28,160 nucleotides of DNA from Candidatus Peribacteria bacterium. GTDB taxonomy: Bacteria > Patescibacteriota > Gracilibacteria > Peribacterales > Peribacteraceae. Under the pieces are notes generated by a model. That model was not told the origin of the DNA. It ran no database searches and worked only from the letters and a program-made list of their open reading frames with translations. The position numbers and the translations under genes were made by a program. Location of the stretch: the NCBI GenBank assembly GCA_012515645.1, contig JAAYXY010000012.1, positions 1 through 28,160 on the forward strand, in the 5' to 3' direction. This document shows, in pieces, positions 9,055 to 16,631 of the stretch (position 1 is the stretch's first letter; every line of letters starts with the position of its first letter).

Positions 9055-9699
9055 TTATTCACTGGTTTCATTGTGGCCATGGCGGGATTTGCCACTTTTA
9101 CGTGCATTTCTCTGTTGCAGAATGAGGTAAATTTCGCGGCTCCTGTCCCTGCTGGCCTGTGCGATGTACGTTCGAACGGATTGCCACTCACGCTTGAGCT
9201 CACAGAGGAATGTATCGAAATCCGCTCCGCGGAGGACTTTCATGACGCACGTTCCCCCCGGGACCAATATCGCTTGCGCAATGCGTGCCACAGCCTGATT
9301 GAGTTCGATGGAACGCCATTGATCTATATCCTTGATGCCGCTGGTATTGGGTGCGATATCCGAAAGCACCAGATCGACAGTGTGGATGCCTTGTTCCCGA
9401 AGGGTGCCCAGGAATGCCTCGTAGTCCGTAATATCTTGTTCGATTGTGCGCACATTTGCCGCCACAGGATCAATTGGTTGCAGATCTGCTCCGATCACGA
9501 GTCCTTTTTCGCCCACTTCCTGTGCGGCGATTTGCAGCCAACTGCCAGGTGCGGCGCCTATATCCAGGACGGTGTATCCGGGCTGGAAGAGCTGGAATTT
9601 CTCGTTGAGTTCCAGCAGCTTGTACGCCGAGCGCGCACGGTACCCTTCGCGCGCTGCGCGCTGCGACCATCGGTCGTTGGGTTGGTACGGCTTGGGCAT
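9055..9699 (-). CDS. rlmE: 23S rRNA Um2552 2'-O-methyltransferase RlmE (FtsJ/RrmJ)
   Basis: GYRARSAYKL, LDIGAAPGSW, VLSDIAP, ASRDRSREIY. Confidence 0.93.
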   Translation of the reverse strand: MPKPYQPNDRWSQRAAREGYRARSAYKLLELNEKFQLFQPGYTVLDIGAAPGSWLQIAAQEVGEKGLVIGADLQPIDPVAANVRTIEQDITDYEAFLGTLREQGIHTVDLVLSDIAPNTSGIKDIDQWRSIELNQAVARIAQAILVPGGTCVMKVLRGADFDTFLCELKREWQSVRTYIAQASRDRSREIYLILQQRNARKSGKSRHGHNETSE

Positions 9700-9772
9700 G
9701 GGGGCAGTATGGAGGAGGGGAAAGGGAGAGGGGAGTGCGAAGAGAAGAAAAATGTTTCCTCTGTTCGATGTT

Positions 9773-10456
9773 TCACATCACAGGTTTCTTCTTCGCTTCG
9801 CCGACTGCGCGGGGAAAACGTTCCGGGGTCTTCGCCATTTTTTCGAATACGAGTATCTGTCTCCTTCCGAATCCGTCTGCGAGTTCGTATTCGTGTTTCT
9901 GTACCAGGTGGCAGCTAAGTTCCGCGCGGGCGAGCAGGGAATCCTGCAATTCTTGTTCAATGTGTGTGCTCTTCCAGGCGAGCAAACAGCCGCCGATACG
10001 CAGGAACGGCGCAGCGTATTCCAGGAGGGTGTGGAGCGGTGCCACGGCGCGCGCAGTGACGGCGTCGTACTGCGCGCGATGTTCTGTGTTGCGCCCCAGA
10101 ATTTCCGTGCGCTCGCAGAGGAGTGTGATGTTTTGCAAATTCAGTGCATGGACAATGCGTTGCACGGCATCGATCTTCTTCCTCGTCGCATCCAGCCCCG
10201 TATGGTGTGCACCGGGCAGGCAAATAGCCAGTGGCAAAAGGGGGAAACCGCCGCCGGTACCGAGATCGAGCCACCGGTTGGCGCGGCGCTGGGGGTTTTG
10301 CGTCATGTATTCCACGGCCGCCAGGCTGTCGAGTACGTTGCCAGTCCAGCACTGTTCCGGCGTCCGGAATGCAGAGAGGTTGAGTTTTTGGTTTTCTGCA
10401 AGAAAGACTTTCATAAGGTGCCGGAGTCGCTCTTCGCAGCCGGGAGGAATGTGCAT
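9773..10456 (-). CDS. rsmG: 16S rRNA m7G527 methyltransferase RsmG (GidB)
   Basis: LNLSAFR, VLDS, LDLGTGGGFP, TARAVA, LAWKS. Confidence 0.93.
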   Translation of the reverse strand: MHIPPGCEERLRHLMKVFLAENQKLNLSAFRTPEQCWTGNVLDSLAAVEYMTQNPQRRANRWLDLGTGGGFPLLPLAICLPGAHHTGLDATRKKIDAVQRIVHALNLQNITLLCERTEILGRNTEHRAQYDAVTARAVAPLHTLLEYAAPFLRIGGCLLAWKSTHIEQELQDSLLARAELSCHLVQKHEYELADGFGRRQILVFEKMAKTPERFPRAVGEAKKKPVM

Positions 10457-10581
10457 GGAAAAAAGTGTAGTGAAGTGCGTAGCGAGTAGCGAGTAGCAAC
10501 AGTACAGAAAAACAATTCGCTACACGCTTTTCAGCTGCAGCAATATTGTGGAGCAGACCTCACTGCAGGTACACTTCTATC

Positions 10582-11211
10582 ATGCCGCAGAGCAAACGCA
10601 TCGCCGAACTTCTCATCAATATCGGTGCCGTCCGCTTGTCGGTGGATCCGCCGTTCACATGGACCAGCGGCATCCAGAGCCCCATATACTGCGATAATCG
10701 CATGCTCTATACCCATCCGGAGGCGCGGAACTTCGTCGTGGATGCGCTCACCGAGCGTGTGCGTACGCTACATGTGCAGCCGGACGCCATTGCCGGCACG
10801 GCTACGGCGGCAATCGGCTGGGCTGCGCTGGTCGCGGACAGGTTAGACCTGCCGTTCGTGTATGTGCGCAGCAAGGCAAAGGAACACGGCGCCAAAAAAC
10901 GCATCGAAGGCGACAGTGTGGAAGGGAGGCACGTTGTACTCATCGAAGATTTGCTCTCCACTGGGGGCAGTGCCATATCTTCCGTAGAAGCGCTGCGCGA
11001 GGAGGGCAAGGCGACAGTGACCGATGTCGTTGCAATTTTCACCTATGAGTTGCTCATAGCGATAGAGAAAGCGCAGGATATGCAGCTCATGCTCCATCCG
11101 CTCTCCACGTTTGGGGTGTTGCTCGATGTAGCTGCGGAGCAGGGGAGGCTATCGCCGGACGATGTCCGGATAGCTGGAAAATTTGCCCAGAACCCCGAGA
11201 GCTGGCAGTAG
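10582..11211 (+). CDS. pyrE: Orotate phosphoribosyltransferase
   Basis: WTSGIQSPIYCDNR, YVRSKAKEHG, PRPP loop VLIEDLLSTGGS. ATG lies 6 nt after TACACT. Confidence 0.95.
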   Translation: MPQSKRIAELLINIGAVRLSVDPPFTWTSGIQSPIYCDNRMLYTHPEARNFVVDALTERVRTLHVQPDAIAGTATAAIGWAALVADRLDLPFVYVRSKAKEHGAKKRIEGDSVEGRHVVLIEDLLSTGGSAISSVEALREEGKATVTDVVAIFTYELLIAIEKAQDMQLMLHPLSTFGVLLDVAAEQGRLSPDDVRIAGKFAQNPESWQ

Positions 11212-11220
11212 TAGAGAATA

Positions 11221-11249
11221 TTGACAGAAACAGTTATTTATTATATAAA
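11221..11249 (+). promoter_or_regulatory. Sigma70 promoter for small zinc-finger gene
   Basis: TTGACA (11221-11226), 17-bp spacer, TATAAA (11244-11249). SD TAAGGAGG at 11281-11288. Confidence 0.85.
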
Positions 11250-11292
11250 TTATAATATCGTTCATTCTGACCACTTGTTCTAAGGAGGAAAT

Positions 11293-11463
11293 ATGAAGAA
11301 GCCTGAGAAAAACGTACCAACCATACCTTGTTCGTTTTGCGAAGGTACGGGAAGACGGTTTGTGCAAAAGACAGGAAAACCGAAGCCGAAACAGAAGGAA
11401 GAATGTCCGGACTGTTTCGGATCGGGCCGCCGCCCGAAAGACGGCCGTACTTTCTTCCATTGA
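11293..11463 (+). CDS. 56-aa small protein with two CxxCxGxG (DnaJ-type zinc finger) motifs
   Basis: Translated by hand: MKKPEKNVPTIPCSFCEGTGRRFVQKTGKPKPKQKEECPDCFGSGRRPKDGRTFFH. It has a promoter, SD and terminator, and is absent from the ORF track. Confidence 0.88.
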   Translation: MKKPEKNVPTIPCSFCEGTGRRFVQKTGKPKPKQKEECPDCFGSGRRPKDGRTFFH

Positions 11464-11488
11464 TCGCTACTGCGAGGTCAGAACATCC

Positions 11489-11520
11489 GCCGTCAGTCCC
11501 TTGGGATTGGCGGCTTTTTT
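11489..11520 (+). terminator. Rho-independent terminator between small gene and convergent pheS
   Basis: gccgtcagtccc-tt-gggattggcggc followed by T6. Confidence 0.85.
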
Positions 11521-12559
11521 AAAACTGCCGCAAAAACCGCATATCTCCCTCAAAGAGCATTTTGATGCTGGGAATCTGATGCTTGATCATTACCAGCCGA
11601 TCAATACCGAAGCCAAAGGCGAATCCCTGCCACGTCGGATTAAGCTGACGTGGCGTGACACCATCGCCTTCTTCGACGTCAATGCCACAATTCTTCAGTA
11701 CGTTTGGGTGCACCATGCCGCAGCCCACCACCTCCAGCCAGTTCCCTTCGCGTGTCTGCTCGTCGCCCTGCCACCGGATGTCCATTTCCAGACCCGGTTC
11801 CACGAACGGGAAGTAGCCAGTCCGAAAACGGTACTCTACGTCTCTGCCCAGCAGTTCCCGCACGGCGTTCACCATGACCGCCTTCATGTTTGCCAGTGAA
11901 ACGTCCTTGCCGATCATCAGACCTTCCAGCTGGTGGAATACGGGCGAATGCGTCGCATCGGCATCTTTGCGGTATACCTTGCCCATGCAGATCATGCGCA
12001 GCGGCGGCTTGTGCTCGCGCATGTAGCGGATTTGCACAGGGGACGTGTGCGTCCGCAGAACGCGTTTGTCCTTGCCCTGCACCCAGAATGTATCCTGCGC
12101 GTCCCGGGCGGGATGGTCCGGCGGAATATTGAGCATGTCGAAGTTCATTTCCTCGGATTCCACTTCGGGGCCGGTTGCCACATCAAAACCCATGCGGCCG
12201 AACACATCGGCGGCATGTTCCATGAACGATGGGATTAAATGCAGGCTCCCGCGTTCCCGAGGAGGCAGCGAGAGTGTTATGTCCATGGCATCGCTGCTGG
12301 CCAAAGCATCATCCGAAGGATGCAGCAGAGCGGTTCGTTGCTCCGCAATAGTTTCCGTCAGCTGTTTCTTCCATGTATTCAATTCTTGTGCTTGCTGCTT
12401 CTTCCCTTCCGCATCCAGATCTTTAAGCGCCTTCATGGCGAGTGTCATGGCGCCTTCTTTGCGGCCAAACAGCTCATGTTCCAGGGTATCAAGTGCTTCC
12501 GGAGTGTGCGCTTCCCGTATGCGATCGATGTATGCCGACCATGGGTTTGCTTGTGCCAC
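11519..12559 (-). CDS. pheS: Phenylalanine--tRNA ligase alpha subunit
   Basis: HPARDAQDTF, LRTHTSPVQ, THSPVFHQLEG, YFPFVEP, GFAFGFGIDRL. GTG start lies 6 nt after TAGGAT. Confidence 0.97.
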   Translation of the reverse strand: MAQANPWSAYIDRIREAHTPEALDTLEHELFGRKEGAMTLAMKALKDLDAEGKKQQAQELNTWKKQLTETIAEQRTALLHPSDDALASSDAMDITLSLPPRERGSLHLIPSFMEHAADVFGRMGFDVATGPEVESEEMNFDMLNIPPDHPARDAQDTFWVQGKDKRVLRTHTSPVQIRYMREHKPPLRMICMGKVYRKDADATHSPVFHQLEGLMIGKDVSLANMKAVMVNAVRELLGRDVEYRFRTGYFPFVEPGLEMDIRWQGDEQTREGNWLEVVGCGMVHPNVLKNCGIDVEEGDGVTPRQLNPTWQGFAFGFGIDRLVMIKHQIPSIKMLFEGDMRFLRQF

Positions 12560-12627
12560 GACGGTATCCTAATAGAAATCCTTGTGTTATGTAAGGAGAG
12601 AATCAAGGTTCTGCATGGTGCCCAGCA

Positions 12628-12990
12628 TCACTGCTGCAGTGCAAGCTCCACAAGCAGAAAAACACCGTAGATCATGAGCGCAATCCACCATGTGAGCAGG
12701 TTGTATGTATGGAATAGGATCACAATGACCGTACCACTGCCCAGGAAGATCGCCTGACGCATGGAAACACGCACCAGCGTAGCTGTATCCCATGAATGAT
12801 GGGGAACGCGTTGCCATAGCAGAATCAAGAGCAGCATGCTCACGGTGGTGACCGAGAGGAATACGCTAGCAAAAAACGCGGCAATGGCTTGTACCGGGGT
12901 CAAGAGCGGACTCACGCGGAGTAGCACGACTGTCAGGGATGTGATGGAGAGGAGTGCCGAGAGCGCGATGCCGAAGAGGAGGGTGGGCAT
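12628..12990 (-). CDS. Hypothetical small membrane protein (about 4 TM)
   Basis: 120-aa hydrophobic ORF, co-oriented between udg and pheS. Confidence 0.7.
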   Translation of the reverse strand: MPTLLFGIALSALLSITSLTVVLLRVSPLLTPVQAIAAFFASVFLSVTTVSMLLLILLWQRVPHHSWDTATLVRVSMRQAIFLGSGTVIVILFHTYNLLTWWIALMIYGVFLLVELALQQ

Positions 12991-13020
12991 GGGGGATTGA
13001 GATTGGGATTAGGGGCGGTA

Positions 13021-13626
13021 TTAGGATGAGGATTGGGAATCGGGAGTTGGGAGTGGGGAGTGGGAATCGAGGAATTGTTTGAGGGCCGCAAAGTCGTCGA
13101 AAAGCGTTTGGCGAAGGTTGCCGTTGTGTAGTGCAGCTGCGGGATGGTAGATGGGAAAAATCGTGATGCTCTTGGCATCATCCTGCTGTGGAGCCAGTAC
13201 ATGTGGCTTGCCGTGGGCGGCGGTCATGCCGAGACGGGGGAGGAAATGCCCCAGGGCATGGCGCCCCAGAGGCACGATGATTTCTGGTTGAATGATGGCG
13301 ATTTCCAGCTGGAGCCATGGCATGCACTGCTGTTTTTCCTCATCGGTGGGATCGCGATTATCCGGTGGCCGATATTTGACCACGTTGCTGATGTATACTT
13401 CGTTGCGCTTCAGTCCAATAGACTGCAGAAGTTCATCCAGCAGCTTGCCGGCCGGTCCAACAAACGGTCGTTTGAGTTCATCTTCCTTCTTGCCGGGTGC
13501 TTCCCCTATGAACATGACCCGCGCGTGCGGATCGCCTTCGCCAAGGACAGGATTCGCGTGCTCTGCAAGCGCGCAGCCGTTCCACTGTTGCAGTTGTTCC
13601 TGGAGTTCCGTCAGTGTGAGTTGCAT
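13021..13626 (-). CDS. Uracil-DNA glycosylase, family 4-like
   Basis: GEGDPHA, FIGEAPG, PFVGPAG, PPDNRDP, YHPAA. ATG 13626 lies 6 nt after TG-G-TAGGAT. Confidence 0.92.
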   Translation of the reverse strand: MQLTLTELQEQLQQWNGCALAEHANPVLGEGDPHARVMFIGEAPGKKEDELKRPFVGPAGKLLDELLQSIGLKRNEVYISNVVKYRPPDNRDPTDEEKQQCMPWLQLEIAIIQPEIIVPLGRHALGHFLPRLGMTAAHGKPHVLAPQQDDAKSITIFPIYHPAAALHNGNLRQTLFDDFAALKQFLDSHSPLPTPDSQSSS

Positions 13627-13693
13627 GAGCAAATCCTACCACAGGGTGCGCGGGACGCTTAGGGCACATGTGATACAGAATTCTTCGGCACTC

Positions 13694-14035
13694 TTACGGC
13701 GTCATGATGTTCAACAGTTGCGCTCGTGTATGCAATTGTTGCATCAAAGCGGGATTGCATGGCCTGCGTACATGGATCTGGTCCAGTGCGTTCCATAAAA
13801 ACGATTCCAATTCTGCTATGTCACTTTCTGCTAGAGCGTGCTGCTGCATGCTTGTAGCATGCCATTCAGATAGGGCGCACAAGAGGTCGAAAACCGCTTC
13901 GCGCGCGTCGACTCTCGCGAGGTGCAGCACAAGGGGGTGCACGTTCGACTGCGATTCCAGCGAACCCACGCGTGCGATTGCAGGAAGGAGTTTTTTGTCG
14001 ATGCCAGTGCGCAGAGCATGCAGCCCGGTGGGCAT
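13694..14035 (-). CDS. Hypothetical protein
   Basis: 113-aa helical-looking ORF filling the gap between purE and udg, same strand. No recognised motif. Confidence 0.5.
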   Translation of the reverse strand: MPTGLHALRTGIDKKLLPAIARVGSLESQSNVHPLVLHLARVDAREAVFDLLCALSEWHATSMQQHALAESDIAELESFLWNALDQIHVRRPCNPALMQQLHTRAQLLNIMTP

Positions 14036-14046
14036 AGCATACCTTT

Positions 14047-14496
14047 TTAATACTGCGCTTTCACATTGGCAATCCGTTCTTCCACTTTCTTGCGCAGGTC
14101 GGCATTGTTTTCCGCCAGGATGCGCACGGCTGCAAGCGCGGCGTTCTTGGGATGCAGGACTGTCATGAGTGGTACATCGGAAGGCATGCGCAGACTGGAG
14201 TGGATATCGACTGAGTACTCGTCGTAGCTGGTGATGGGGGGGCAGTTCACCACGGGGTGCACGCAGCTTGCAGCGGCTACACCGCCCAGACCGTTGCTCA
14301 TACCTACGACCGTGATGACCACCTGAGGCTCTGGATCGGCATTGAGCGTATTGATGATCTCGATGACTTTTTCCGGGACCTTATGCGCGGAAGCAACGAT
14401 GATATCGTTGGCAATGCCAAATTCGGCAAGTACGGCGGTGATTTTTTCCGCAAATTCCGTATCGCTCTTGGAACCGAGTAGCAGGGTGACGTGCAT
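14047..14496 (-). CDS. purE: AIR carboxylase PurE, class II-like
   Basis: LLGSKSD, VASAHK, VVGMSNGLGG, SSLRMPSDVP, NAALAA. Start is ATG 14496 or 14505. Confidence 0.9.
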   Translation of the reverse strand: MHVTLLLGSKSDTEFAEKITAVLAEFGIANDIIVASAHKVPEKVIEIINTLNADPEPQVVITVVGMSNGLGGVAAASCVHPVVNCPPITSYDEYSVDIHSSLRMPSDVPLMTVLHPKNAALAAVRILAENNADLRKKVEERIANVKAQY

Positions 14497-14527
14497 AGTG
14501 CCCATAGAATATCTATGTATGGAGAAG

Positions 14528-14557
14528 GCGGCAACCTCCATGTGTGGAGATTGCCGC
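14528..14557 (-). other. 13-bp hairpin immediately downstream of tRNA-like element
   Basis: On the minus strand gcggcaatctcca-caca-tggaggttgccgc (one G.U pair). The U-tract is weak, so this is a processing or attenuation hairpin rather than a clear terminator. Confidence 0.6.
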
Positions 14558-14562
14558 ATCAA

Positions 14563-14641
14563 GTGTAGTGGAGGGAGTTGAACCCCGATCTTCCCTCACG
14601 CGCGGCGAGGGACGCATTTCCCGACTATGCTATCCACCACA
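14563..14641 (-). ncRNA. tRNA-like RNA with non-canonical (9/3 or 8/4) cloverleaf
   Basis: TGTGGTGGA-TA-GCAT-AGTCGGGAA-ATGC-G-TCCCTCG-CCGCGCG-TGAGGGA-AGATCG-GGG-TTCAACT-CCC-TCCACTACA-C. The fold is clear; expression and function are not shown. Confidence 0.6.
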
Positions 14642-14699
14642 TGCGGGCATTGTGCTGGCGCATTGTTGCACGTCAAACATTTGTCGGAGTTGTTGGTGT

Positions 14700-14798
<99 letters not shown>

Positions 14799-15012
14799 AC
14801 GGTGATGACAAAGATACAGTATCGATGCGGATGGCTAGAGCACAGCAAGTGCAATACATTTTTATTGCTCGGATTCTCAAGAGAATCCTCGACTCCACTG
14901 GAGCTCTTACCTCCACAGTGATGATGAAAGAACGAGGACGATAGATACATCGATTTTGTGTCGCGAAGCGCGGGTTTCCCGCGCTGGAGCGACTCCTTGT
15001 AAAGGGAGGGGG

Positions 15013-15045
15013 GCACGTGGGGGAAACCGTAGGTTTCCCACGCGC
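15013..15045. repeat. Imperfect palindrome downstream of tRNA-Arg
   Basis: gcacgtgggggaaacc-gta-ggtttcccacgcgc. Confidence 0.6.
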
Positions 15046-15049
15046 AGGA

Positions 15050-15127
15050 TGGTGCGCCCGGCAGGATTCGAACCTGCGGCCTCCTGGACCGCAACCAGAC
15101 GCTCTATCCGGGCTGAGCTACGGGCGC
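15050..15127 (-). tRNA. tRNA-Arg(GCG)
   Basis: GCGCCCG/CGGGCGC acceptor, TCTGG-TTGCGGT-CCAGG anticodon arm, GGTTCGAATCC, encoded CCA. 78 nt. Confidence 0.95.
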
Positions 15128-15209
15128 ACGAGTGATGAAAAGAACGCGATTCCTTCTGTTGCGGCAAGAGAAGCGAAGCCCGCAGAGCGAAGGATGAAGC
15201 TACGGGCGC
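15116..15209. repeat. 12-bp direct repeat of tRNA-Arg 5' end
   Basis: agctacgggcgc at 15116-15127 and 15198-15209 (82-bp offset). Confidence 0.8.
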
Positions 15210-15343
15210 TAAAGAGCGGATGCAGGGTATCATCCTGCTCAATGGCAGGCAATCTGGTTACATGGATTTCAATGCAAAGAAAATTCGCATCCGCATCGGA
15301 AAATTGTTATCATATTTTTCCTTCTTTCGTTCCCCCTCACGTT

Positions 15344-15835
15344 ATGGGTACACGCGGCAACGCACTCATTTCTCTCGATATAAACGCACTCGTCACACTG
15401 CTCAATAAGGCTCTGGCCGATGAGTGGCTTGCGTACTACCAGTACTGGATGGGTGCCAAGGTAGCGCGCGGTATAATGCGGGAAGCGGTCGTTGCTGAGC
15501 TCGATGAGCATGCGGCAGATGAATTGCGTCATGCGCAGATGCTCACGGAGCGCATTTTGCAGCTGGATGGCACGCCATTGCTCGATCCCAAGCAGTGGTA
15601 CGAGATGAGCAACTGCGGTTACGATCCTCCGACGGATCCTTCGGTCCACAAACTCCTGGAGCAGAATATTAAAGGGGAGCAGTGTGCGATCGATGTCTAC
15701 AAGAGCCTCATGGATTTCACGAAGGACAAAGACGAGATCACGTACCAGATGGCACTGGAGATTCTCACGGATGAGATCGAACATGAAGATGATTTGCAGA
15801 CCGTGCAGGAAGACCTGGCGAAAATCGTCAGGTAA
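15344..15835 (+). CDS. Ferritin-like DpsL (thioferritin-type) protein
   Basis: Diiron ligands ADEWLAYYQY, DELRH, GEQCAI, DEIEHE. The two Cys (SNCGY, EQCAI) are characteristic of DPS-like proteins. Start reassigned to MGTRG. Confidence 0.85.
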   Translation: MGTRGNALISLDINALVTLLNKALADEWLAYYQYWMGAKVARGIMREAVVAELDEHAADELRHAQMLTERILQLDGTPLLDPKQWYEMSNCGYDPPTDPSVHKLLEQNIKGEQCAIDVYKSLMDFTKDKDEITYQMALEILTDEIEHEDDLQTVQEDLAKIVR

Positions 15836-15905
15836 TTCTTGGCATATCTGTTTGTTGCGTTTTGCATGGTGACAAATACAGGTGTTTCCTGTACAACAGG
15901 AGCGC

Positions 15906-16592
15906 ATGCTGTGGTTCACACAACAGAAGCCTGCATTTTTCCAGGCAACAAAACAGGAGCAGGTCGAGACGATTGACCGGCTTATCTCACAGGGGACGGT
16001 ACGTAGCGGTTACTATTTGATTTTGCTCCTGGCGACGCTCATTGTGACGCCTGGGCTCTTCCTGAACAATATGCCGATCGTTATCGGTGGCATGATTCTT
16101 GCGCCGCTTCTCATCCCGGTGCTGTCCCTTTCTCTGTCGCTTGTCACAGGTACCTGGCGTGGAGCGCTGCGTTCTCTGCGTATTCTCGTGCTCTCTTTCC
16201 TCATGGTGGTGGGAACGGCGGCTGTACTCGCTATTATCATAGGGCATGCAATGCACGAGGTGCCGTGGTATCCGCAGGACATGAATCCTGGCATTTATAT
16301 TTTCGTGGCATTCTGTTCGGGGATTGCCGGTGCGTTCGCATGGATCAAAGAAGACATGTCGCCAGCAATTGCCGGAGTCGCTACTGCGGTATCACTCCTG
16401 CCGCCTTTATGCATAGCCGGCATCAGTGCTGCAGGTTTGCAGTGGCAGCTCATGCAGGCATCCCTCATTGTCTTCGTCGCAAATTTTCTGGGTATTTGTA
16501 TGGCAGCTTTCCTGGTGTTCTGGCTTCTGGGTTTCCTGCGTGCAGGAAAGACGGAAGAGAAAATTTTAGATCGACATGCGGTGAAAGCGTAG
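15906..16592 (+). CDS. DUF389 / TIGR00341-like membrane protein
   Basis: IVIGGMILAPLL, GIAGAFA, IAGVATAVSLLPPL, FVANFLGI. Start is ATG 15906 or GTG 15882. Confidence 0.85.
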   Translation: MLWFTQQKPAFFQATKQEQVETIDRLISQGTVRSGYYLILLLATLIVTPGLFLNNMPIVIGGMILAPLLIPVLSLSLSLVTGTWRGALRSLRILVLSFLMVVGTAAVLAIIIGHAMHEVPWYPQDMNPGIYIFVAFCSGIAGAFAWIKEDMSPAIAGVATAVSLLPPLCIAGISAAGLQWQLMQASLIVFVANFLGICMAAFLVFWLLGFLRAGKTEEKILDRHAVKA

Positions 16593-16596
16593 ACAG

Positions 16597-16631
16597 AAAA
16601 ATGGGCGTCTGTCCGCTAGGGGCAGACGCCC
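16597..16631 (-). terminator. Rho-independent terminator on the minus strand
   Basis: 12-bp stem (16603-16614/16620-16631) followed on the minus strand by ATTTTT. It could also stop DUF389 transcription on the plus strand. Confidence 0.65.

Noticed and set aside
9022-10496. Plus-strand ORFs 9022..9918, 9446..10489, 9735..10496
   Set aside because: Antisense shadows of rlmE and rsmG.
14563-14641. Canonical tRNA-His (G-1:C73, GTG in loop) or tRNA-Ala(CGC)
   Set aside because: No register gives a 5-bp anticodon stem with U33 and a centred GTG or CGC, and the T stem cannot reach 5 bp.
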